Positions 10,601-20,147 are shown, counted from the stretch's first letter. The stretch: DNA of 20,273 nucleotides from Paraspadella gotoi (GCA_051294375.1 JBJCIZ010000895.1:1-20273), one strand, 5' to 3'. A program made the numbers and translations. The notes: generated by a model from the letters alone, not told the origin.

Positions 10601-11353
10601 CTGATTTGCGACTTACAGAATAATGAAAAAAGTGAAATTGAAAATTAGTGTAACCTTGGGTAAAAATCCTAATAAAGAATATATGTTTAAATGTGCGTTC
10701 TGTTTAACAGTACTGTTAAAAAAATATTAAATAGTAAATCATGGTCATTGAAAATAAATTGATATGCTTATTCTGTATTTTCATCCGGAGAAACCCTACA
10801 ATAAAGTATGATACTTTTGATTTTTCCTTGCTTTTAAATTTCATAGAACCAAATAATATTAGATCAAAAGCAAGCAACATAATTAAACAAGAACTGAATA
10901 AGCTTGCCCACTCTTGGGTATGAGATTACTTACTGTCTCTTAAGAATTCTGACATTGACAAATATATAGTCAAATTAAGGGTAAATGTATTAATATCAAA
11001 TAATTAGGAAAAACAATATTTAATTTCATAGTATTAATACATAACTTCAACAAAATAATTTTTGAACTATATAAAATGTTGCTCGAGGCGCCATCGTTGT
11101 TCGTGATGCAGACAAAAACGAAATCTGGAGGAAAAGAAAGGAAACTTAAATAATACTTATTCACACTCATTTATTTTTATATTATTTAATTATCGTTTTT
11201 TTCTCATTAACAATGCTATCATATTTCACAAATATCTGTTATTTGTATAATTCGGAAGCAAGAGAAATTACCTGCCTTCCACAGCTGAGTCAGATTTTGA
11301 TCAAGGGGTTTGACGTGTGAATATTTCGTAGTGAGTAACGTAGGTGACCTATA

Positions 11354-11455
11354 AAATTGGTACAACCAATATAACAATTATCCATTCATTTAATAAATAA
11401 GCTTTCTTGCCCCCGACTTTGGACAGGCTTTGATGGTTTAAGGCCTCCATCACTC
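11354..11455 (+). repeat. Family D dispersed repeat, copy 3
   Basis: Near-identical to 10422-10494. It continues (gctttgatgg...aggcctccatcac) with similarity to 6089-6123. Confidence 0.9.
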
Positions 11456-11589
11456 TTAAAAGATAATGACATAGCAGGTACCTACAAGTTTTTAATCAAG
11501 ACTCTCGTACCTGGCTTCCCTATCAGTGAAGTTGCATAATATTTCAAAGAAAGTTTCAATTGTATGAAAAGACCACTCCCTTAAATATT

Positions 11590-11807
11590 AGATCTATGGC
11601 AACGGGAGGATAGCCTGTGATACCCGGGGCGCGGGGTATCTCACCAACTGGCGTAGGGGCTGCGGACCCTCAGTGACCGCCTCCTGTCACTGGCATGTTT
11701 ATACCGGCACCGTCACATTTAAGCCAGAACCGGGATACCCAGGGATTGAACCCGGGACGCACGGATGGAATGAGATGATTTAGCCTGCTCAGCCATTGAG
11801 ACGAGGC
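11590..11807 (-). mobile_element. tRNA-derived SINE-like element
   Basis: Minus strand reads A-box TGGCTGAGCAGG (11795-11784) and B-box GGTTCAATCCC (11752-11742) at tRNA-like spacing, followed by a GC-rich hairpin-rich body. Confidence 0.65.
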
Positions 11808-12046
11808 TGAGGACGGACAGCAGTGAGGCAGCTTTAAGTCTTGCTGCCACAGATCGGGCAATACTATATTATAAGCAATTAAGCATCTTACCCCATGTAT
11901 AGGGTAATATGGGGTCTATAGATAGGTCTATACATACATGTAACAAAAATAATAAATGGTAAAGTTGTTTTAAAGAAAAATGGAAAAATAGCTTAACATC
12001 ACCATCTTACCTCGTCTTCCCCTATCTATTTTTCTATTTTAATTTT

Positions 12047-12323
12047 TTTGCATCTCCCATCCTTCCCTACCGTATGCTTTTGATTCTTAAGAAGTAACGT
12101 TTTTTGGCATCGTGGTTGAAGTAAGCATGGGTCGAGGAAGCGCTGAAAAGGGTTGGGGGGGGGGGAAAAGCAGAATCCGAAAAAATTAAGTAACAGTAAA
12201 AAAAAATATTATTTAAACAAATAGATTCATTAATCCATAAAGCAAGTGAAATGTAATTCTTAAAAAAATTTTAAAATTGGTGACACTTCATTACATTAGC
12301 CAATTTTGGTATTATAACTCTAT
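12047..12323 (+). repeat. Family E direct repeat, copy 1
   Basis: tttgcatctcccat.cttcc.taccgtatgctt, agtaacgttttttggc, aagcgctgaaaagg, aatagattc.ttaatccataaagca and ttttaaaattggt are all shared in order with 13145-13389. Confidence 0.9.
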
Positions 12324-12366
12324 GGCGGATGATGCGGATGTCTTTGCATAATCCGATGTTCTAGAA

Positions 12367-12383
12367 AGAGAGAGAGAGAGAGA
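12367..12383. repeat. (AG)8 microsatellite
   Basis: agagagagagagagaga read directly. Confidence 0.9.
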
Positions 12384-13144
12384 ATTAATAATCCCGTTTT
12401 GAGGACAATATTAGTTCACTTTACAAAAACTGATTTAAAAAGGGAAAGCGTTGCATTAAAATCGAAAAGGAAAATAATAATCTTTTTTTAAGGACACAAA
12501 TCAATTACTACATATAATTAATTGGGTTAATTTTTACAACTTACTAAACTTACTAAACATACTAAAAACTAAAAAATACGGCATGGTGGTGTCATCGTGA
12601 TATAGCGAGGAAGAACGCCAAAGCAGACGTCGTCGCAGACGCAGATGGTCAGTGGTCAGGTTGACGAAGAACTAAGTTGAGAACAAACCTAAATTTAAAA
12701 ATGTAGCACAGTAAACAAGAAAATAACTTAAATCTAAGTGAATTCATGTAAAAGGCACAACAAAAAATATATTTACCTAGCACTATCCCAAAAAAACGGA
12801 AGGGCCGAGGATAAAATGGAGTCATCGAAGGGGCGTGAAACATTTTTCTACGGCCTCACCTGAGAATGTCGTGATTACATATAAAGAATTTCAGCCAAAA
12901 GGAAATTAGTTATGCTTACCACGACTTGACATTTTCTAAACTGGAATAAAGAAGAAATGGTCGACCTAGGATTTATCATCAGATATGTGACCGCACGGCA
13001 ATTCGTTCATCATTTTGGTGCTGAGCTTCGCCGCTTGATCCTTAGCATCAAGTCTAAAGTAAATTAAAATGTTAACAAAGCTAATATTCGTCGGTTTGAT
13101 CTAGACTTATAGTTGGAGAAGCTCCTTAACATTGATTTTCATTA

Positions 13145-13389
13145 TTTGCATCTCCCATACTTCCTTACCGTATGCTTCTTCCGCCGCATCCTCATCTAAA
13201 TAACGCTCTTAAGGAGTAACGTTTTTTGGCGCCGGATCGAGAAAGCGCTGAAAAGGACACAGTAAAAAAATTATTATTTAAGGAAATAGATTCTTTAATC
13301 CATAAAGCAGGTATATGTAATGAATGAAATACATTTTAAAATTGGTTACACTTAATTATATTAGACAATTTTGACATTTAAATACTATA
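13145..13389 (+). repeat. Family E direct repeat, copy 2
   Basis: Colinear with 12047-12323 with indels. It ends at the TA preceding the TIR element. Confidence 0.9.
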
Positions 13390-13600
13390 TACAGTGTGTC
13401 CCAATAGTACTGTCTGTTAAGAAAAGCTTACTGCTATTATACCATATCAAAAAATTCATTATAATTAATATGTGCTCATTAAAGCGTAGCAAAAATATTA
13501 AAATAAAGTTGAATCAAAATTTAAAATATAATAAAATATAAAAATAGAAAATAGTGAAACAAGTAATTTACAAATTTTCATTGAACAAGCTTGTACCGGT

Positions 13601-14066
13601 GAACATTTTTAAATAAAAACAAATATTTTTTTTATTTTTCAATTTTTGCATACACCCATATTTATACATAATACTCACTATAAAGTTTAAAACATGTTAA
13701 AATTTTAAAATGGTTTTTTTCTCATTTTTGAAAGTTCTGCACGAAAAGTTGATAAAGAAAATATAACTGTTTTTAAAAAATTATTTTATTAAATGGGTCA
13801 AAATCAAAAAAACTTAGTTAACTTATAATTTAATTTAATATAATTTTTTTTTTTTAAATTTTCAGCTAACTTAATGAAAGAATTTTTGATTAAGACTTAT
13901 ATTTTTTTATCAACTTTTTATGAGGAATTCGAATCTGCATTCAAAACTTAAAAAAAAAAACTATTTTAAAATTTTAACATTTTCTATGGTAAGTACTATG
14001 TATAAATATGGACGTATGCAAAAATTAAAAAACGAAAAATTTTTTTTTTTTTATATATCAATGTTC
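13601..14066. repeat. Family B foldback segment, copy 2 (inside the TIR element)
   Basis: gaacatt (13601)/aatgttc (14060); tttttgcatacacccatatttatacataatact (13643)/agtactatgtataaatatggacgtatgcaaaaa (13992); aaaagttgataaa (13744)/tttatcaactttt (13906). Confidence 0.85.
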
Positions 14067-14379
14067 TTTAATACTTTAATACTTTAATACTGTTCGTGAA
14101 CAACTATTCAAATTTTGATCTGCTACTTTCACTACGCCTTAAAGTATGGATAATTTTATAGGATAGCAAAATTTTTAAAATTGAACCAAACAAACTCCTG
14201 TAGTTATTACATAAAGTAATTATTAATAAAATATTTTCAGGCTATTTTTAAAAAAAGTATTAAATTAAATATTTCTTAATATCGTCCAAGTAGAAATGAG
14301 TTAAAATGGAAAAAAAGCAATCTATTTCACTATTTGATTATGCTTTTTTTATTTTTATATTAAATGTAAATTCATGCTG

Positions 14380-14566
14380 CATTAATTAAATATTAATAAG
14401 TTATTAATTATTGGTAATTAAATAATTAATTAATTTTGTGATCGAGATTATTGTTTTCTGATTGAGAAGTGAGACAAAGTGGAAAACGATTTTGACACAA
14501 ATTAAAAAAATTAATATTAATTAATTAATTAATGATCGTGGGCAGATCCGGCATTGTTTGCTCAAA
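14380..14566 (-). mobile_element. Family C end fragment nested in the TIR element
   Basis: aatgatcgtgggcagatccggcattgtttgctcaa (14531-14565) is the reverse complement of 7421-7454. TAAT arrays and aaagtggaaa also match the 10330-10385 copy. Confidence 0.75.
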
Positions 14567-15100
14567 CTTTTGTTTTGAAATTCGACCATGCCATTGATAA
14601 GCACATAACTAAGGTAGTAAGCAAGCTGGACTACTGGGAATTGAAAAGTAAAAAACGTCAACGATTTTTTTCACCAGAGTCCAAAATCTGAAGTTGCTAC
14701 AACAAATTATTAAGCCACAGTATTTGATCATTTCATTTCACTCCCATTGGAAATCCGTGTAGTATCATAAATGGTAAAAACTTATCTTTGACATTATCTC
14801 AGAAATAAAATTTAACAAAACAATTCTACAAGATATGTAAAAGTTAACCGAGAGTACCATTGGGACACACTGTATTTACCTTTGATTCTCCTTTGTCGCA
14901 TTCTAACAAGAGTGAAACAGCGTTGGCGTCGAAGTTTTCTCGGCAATCTCGTAGATTCATGATAGATCGTAGATCGATAGTTAAACTGTCTGGCACTTGA
15001 TGGACGCGTAATAAAATTCACAAATATTCTAATTATAAAAAGAAACATTATAATCATATTGACATGACAAATACAATGGTGAAGTGACCAAGAGGAGAGA

Positions 15101-15336
15101 GGGTCGCCATGCCTCTCTGAGTGTGGAGAGGCCCCACTTGACGACGGGTAGACGATGCCAAGCCACTCCAATTCGGCGAACTTGGCCTACGCCGCCGCCA
15201 GCTTCTCCGGGGAAAGACGTCGTGCCCTCGCGAAAACCGGGTGGCCTTGAGTCGGGATGTGATGAACCACGCCGTGCCCCAGCGCGGTGGAAGAGAACGC
15301 GGGCGTCGTGAGCTCCGGACAATCGTCAAGTCGGGC
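15101..15336 (-). pseudogene. Disrupted Ty3/Gypsy LTR-retrotransposon pol fragment (N-terminal part of reverse transcriptase)
   Basis: Minus-strand translation is ARLDDCPELTTPAFSSTALGHGVVHHIPTQGHPVFARARRLSPEKLAAA*AKFAELEWLGIVYPSSSGASP, then a frameshift or deletion to EAWRP. This fits the Gypsy RT-entry pattern H.I.T.G.PV..R.RRL.P....A.K.EF..M...GI.RPS.SPWASPL...WRPCGDYR. In-frame stop at 15189-15187. Confidence 0.9.
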
Positions 15337-16484
15337 TCACCATTAAAGGGGCACTTTTTATTGTAAATGTAAACAAAGTTAATTATCTGGTAATAATCAC
15401 GAGCGACAATTTAAAAGTTACAGAATTTATATATATCGCGATCGGACCTGGTTGAAAACATTAGTTATTTTCACCCTAACCTACAAACTTACATTTAACA
15501 TTTAACAAATACAGTAAACCATTACAATATACAATTATACATATTGAAAGTAACTGAGCAGTTTCTAACAATACAATGATAAATATTGTACATTAAATAT
15601 TCAAACGTAAATACTAAAAACTTATCAAATTTCTATGAAAACGAAATCTTTGAGTTTGTGCTTTTACTCCGCGTGTTATGATTTATCCAATTTCCTCGGC
15701 TCGGCCAATGAGCTCTGAGGTGGAATATTTTTCCCTTGTCGCTGATCCGAATGAGACGACGTCTTCACAAGCAGAAAAATTAAAATTTTTTTTTAAACAT
15801 GGTCTTATTCTGGACAGTAATATTTTATATTAAGAAACCTTCATTAAAAAGTAATATTAAATAAATTTATATTCCTAATTAATATTTACGAAAATAAATT
15901 GCATAATCTTCAAAAAAAACAAAACAAAAAAAAAACACGTGGCGAGGGTTGATGTTTGAGCAATTTTCATGGCAACCGTGTTTTGGAGGGAGCATGGGCT
16001 GCTGCTGAGAGAGAGATACATCTCAATATACTAACTAATTACCCTTATTATTAATTATTTCTTTAGTTTAAAATTAGGTTGCTTAATTTAAATGCTATCT
16101 TTATGTATATTGCTTAATATAATGATTTTTCCCTCTCACTTTCTCTTGGGGAGAGACCCGGGGTTTAAATTTTTTTCCTTGCGTACTCTCGACCAGTAAC
16201 GCAACGGCGTTACGCAAAAATTTGGAAAAAAAAAATTAGCAAATCCTTTTAATACTATTTTATTGAGAAAAATAAAATATATTATAAAAAAATACTTTTA
16301 ATAGCTATACATGGTGTACATTGTGTACTCCTTTGTTATGATTTCCCTTATGATTTGGGGGAAATGTTTACGAAAGTCTGAATCGCTTCTCTTGCTGCTG
16401 TGGAATCGATACGATTTTTGGAAAGAAACTTAAATTTTCTTTTTTCTTTCTTACCTTCCGGTTGGGTTTCGCATACAACGTGTC

Positions 16485-18015
16485 TTTTAGACAGACGAAA
16501 TCTAACTTCAAATAATTACCATATTTCTTGATCTCATTGGTTAGTACCGAAGCTTTCTTCATTTAAAAAAACGGTAGCTCAAGTTATCTCCTTCTTATCA
16601 CTTAGACTTCCATGTAAATTTCTATGAGTGTAAAAATACGGTAAGACATGATTTCTTCAATGCTTCAGATCTAATCTCATTAACTGCTTAATTTGAGAAA
16701 AAAGTATGCTTGAATTTTTATGGTACAGATGATTTTAAAAGATCGAATTCCTTATAAGAATCCTCATGTCTTTTACTGACACAAAATATTTTAGGTAGGA
16801 CGCCCACATTATACTGATAACAATTTTTTCTTTCATACGCTTTTCCTAATAATTTTTCTTCACCTGCTTTTCTTCTCTTACTTTGTATATTTTCCTCTTC
16901 CTCTTTCCTCCCTTACTATCTCACGCGCTGTCACTTACCATTTTTTTGGCCCCTACCTTTGCGTCACGTCATGCACTTTTGCTCACCTTTGTTTCTCATT
17001 TTCATTCTTTCCCTTTTTTCCCCTCTTTTTCTTCCATTTCCGCCTCTTTTTCTTATCTTACAATTGTTTCACTATTTTTTACCATTTGCCTTCGTTTTCC
17101 TTTGCCTTGCACCCTCTCTTTCATTCTCCCCTCTCTTTTATTAGTTTTTCCCTTTCGTCCTTCACTGTCAGCTGAATTTACATTGAGGCCAAATCAAAGA
17201 AATCTGAGAGAGCATTATAAGAAAGAAAATGGAATGGTAGGCGAGATTTTTCTTTCATTTTGGTTGCCTAGCAAATTTAGTAAATCGACAGATTTTGCGG
17301 AAAATTTTTCCGCAAAATCTGTCGATTTTGAGAAAAACAAGTCCTGATGCTTTCCAGTGGATAAAAGGATGCGGTTTTTTTTTATTAATCAAGGTCAGTA
17401 TGTACGGCTCATCTTTAAAAACTAATAAATGAGTTGAAAATATTCTCTTTATCAAAAATAAATGCAAGTCACAAAAAGTCACAAATTAAAAGACGTCTTT
17501 AAAAATTATTTGTGGCTAAACCCAGAAAAGTTTTTTGATAATTTTATAGGTGTTAAAAGCCTATCTCAATAGGCTACATTTTCTGTTAATTTCAAACCAA
17601 TTGATTTATTTTTGTTTAAACAAATTATGATTAAGACTGAAACTCCAAACTTTTTGACTGTTAACTTTAAAATTAATTTATAGGCAAACTAATAAATGAT
17701 TTAAGCTAATAAATTTACCCAGAGGTAAAGAAGAAAGAAAGAACGGATTTCCAAAGTAAAAAATTTCTCAACTTTCCTTGGCATTCAAATCAGAAAGTCG
17801 TAAGTAAAAATGGACAAAAAATGGACATAATTTTTTTGGCTAAAAATTGCCAAAATGGTACTATTTTATCATTAGAAATGGGTGGAGATGTTTTTAACCA
17901 ATCCTTCGTTCGGCCTAATTTGTGTTGTGGTACAAAGTTAATCAACATTGTAAGTAAAACATGAACAATAGTGGAAAGAGTCGTTTTTTCCTAAATGCAA
18001 CGTTTGTACGCGGAA
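16485..18015 (+). mobile_element. Family A repeat, copy 3 (best preserved)
   Basis: Colinear with 1016-2630 and with the reverse complement of 6292-7415. Contains a C/T tract (16830-17160) and a 47-bp palindrome (17282-17328). Confidence 0.9.
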
Positions 18016-20071
18016 CCGTTGATAAATTGAGTTTAATTATTTCGATCCTCACTTAATTGTTTCTAATACTTATCCAAGACGTTTTTCATATTTCTGTCGT
18101 TTCTAACGATTTAAGACTGAAAAACATTGTTTAAAATTATTTTTTTTAGATGGAGGTTGCTTTAAAAAAATACTACATTTTACTACTTCGATCGCAGCTA
18201 TTTTTGAAAGAATAGACTCTTTGTTAGGGTATTGCACACAAAAATTTTAAAAATACTGATTTTGTTCATACGATGGTTTTAAACCTTATATTAAGCCTAA
18301 CGAAGTGTACTTTAATCGTTAATTCAAAGTTTGCCTTTTAAATATTTGATTTACGCAAACTGATTTACGTCAATTTGGAGTAACGTTTCTGCTCCTTCTG
18401 CTGTCAAGGATACTCAACAAAAATTTTTGAAAACGCTTTTTTTTAATTAAAAATACATAGTGAGTATTGGATTCAGATTTGATTTCTTTTTTTTACGTGT
18501 TTGTTGGCGCTGGTGGCGTAAAACTACGCCAAAACGTATTATTTCATAGTTACATGTTGTGGGCGTTAAGATTTTTCAAAGAAAAGTTTTAAAGTATATC
18601 ATGTTAAATAAGTGTAAATGTTTATATTTAAAATTGGAAAGAATTGTGGCGTAAAATGAAAGTAAAACCGTTTAATATGATATGGCGTAAAGTCTTTCTG
18701 ATTATTTTCTTGTAAAAGCTATCGGTTAAGGGGACCCAGTGATAAAAATGATATCATAAGCTTAAGGGTCTATCATTAAAGGAATTCCGAATGGTGATAG
18801 TCATTAATTTTTCTTCGCGCGGGAAAGTGGATAAAAAATTTCCATCTCCTTGTTGCAATTCGAACAAGGACGAGATATTTATTGGAAAATGTTTTAATTG
18901 ATCTCCCCTAAATACTGATACCCTCCATTCTCTTACTTTCACTTGGGAAGTCATTTTTCATGAATTTCGAAATTTTATTTTTTAATGCCAGAAAGCTGAA
19001 TTCTTGCGTCTGGGCCTCCTTTAATAAAGGAATTTTAATGGTGGTATTAATATTTTCAGATACGCACAGGAAAGTACAGAAAAAAAAAACCAAAAATCCC
19101 TCTTAAAATTCATTTCATTTGGTAAACATTTGTCATAACCCTTGTAATATCTTTCCGGTTTCCTTGACTTCTGTTCATAACAGATTAAATTTTAAGAGTA
19201 GATATGTCGCTTCGCGAAGAAAAAAATTCGAGCGATCGAAATTTTTTCCAGCTTTTTTTGGTTCATGACGAAAGTTGCACCAGTAGCGCTTTAAATACTT
19301 GCCAACTACGAAATGGTTTTTGATAGTACATGGTTTTTAGTATCTAAAGTCGGTGGAACAACATAAATCCAGAAATAGTTTAGTAGTATTTAAAGCCATT
19401 TAAAACGATTACTCCGCGAGCGTTTTCCTTTGATTTGTCTCTTTTTCGTACTTTACTGTAAAATCCTAAGGAATATTTTTAAATTTATTACAAGTTTCCT
19501 ACTCTAAGACAATCGTTGAACTCATTTCTAATACAAAAAAAACTATAAATAATGGTCCTGGTACAATATTGAGCATTTTAAACCGTTCCTCTACTCGAAA
19601 ATGTCCGTTCATAGCTATATTTTTACATATTGCACCTGATCCCAACAAATAAAGTAAAAAGTGTTATTTAGATTTTGAACTCTAAGGTCCTAGGTATCTT
19701 TCCTTTGTGGGAACAAAGAAAATTGGTAAAGGTCTTGATATGAAACAAAGCCAGTAAAACATATACTACATTTAAGAATTTATGTCAAGTTTAACTGTCC
19801 CTCGTCTAGCGCTGATACTAAAAAGAGAAACTCGTCACAATACATATATTTAGTTTAGTGTCTTGCCAAGCGCTAAGCTATTTCGCTTGTTAAAATTATC
19901 TCATTAAAAGTCCTAAACAACTTTTAGTAGAGGCTTTAATTGCACCTGAAGACGACGTTAACTTACTATTATTATTTGATATTTAGCTAGTTCAGTGTCT
20001 GAACTTTCCAAATCTGGGGGAACAAAGGCGTAGTTTTCATGGTTTCATCGTGAAATTTATTATTTAATGGA

Positions 20072-20147
20072 GCTGGTTTGGCTGTTTTTGCTGTTTTTCG
20101 CTGTTTTTCGCTACTTGTCGCTCGTCGTCGCTACTAGTCGCTCTTCG
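20072..20147. repeat. 10-bp-period minisatellite with diverging units
   Basis: Units ctgtttttg, ctgtttttcg, ctgtttttcg, ctacttgtcg, ctcgtcgtcg, ctactagtcg, ctcttcg. Confidence 0.85.

Larger units (their letters stand above)
13392..14872. mobile_element. Non-autonomous Tc1/mariner-superfamily TIR element (1481 bp) with TA target-site duplication
   Basis: Left TA|CAGTGTGTCCCAATAGTACTGTCTGTTAA. Right end reverse complement CAGTGTGTCCCAATGGTACTCTCGGTTAA, followed by TA (14873-14874). 29-bp TIRs with 3 mismatches. CAGT(G) termini plus TA are typical of Tc1/mariner/pogo elements. No transposase ORF. Confidence 0.9.

Noticed and set aside
11770-11862. HDV-like ribozyme upstream of the minus-strand SINE
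   Set aside because: Hairpins and a GCTAA are present, but I could not build the nested P1/P2/P3/P1.1 double pseudoknot.
12930-13067. Short open frame HFLNWNKEEMVDLGFIIRYVTARQFVHHFGAELRRLILSIKSKVN
   Set aside because: No recognisable domain or convincing splice boundaries, and the length is compatible with chance.
15061-15355. Large structured ncRNA (RNase P/MRP-like) or the listed ORFs 15029-15322, 15054-15329 and 15084-15311
   Set aside because: RNase P/MRP conserved regions were not found. A different, stop-interrupted minus-strand frame gives clear Gypsy pol similarity. ORF 14812-15171 only captures its tail.
18726-18745. TTAA-GGGGAC as a Kolobok- or piggyBac-type terminus
   Set aside because: No matching inverted terminus with TTAA was found in the window.
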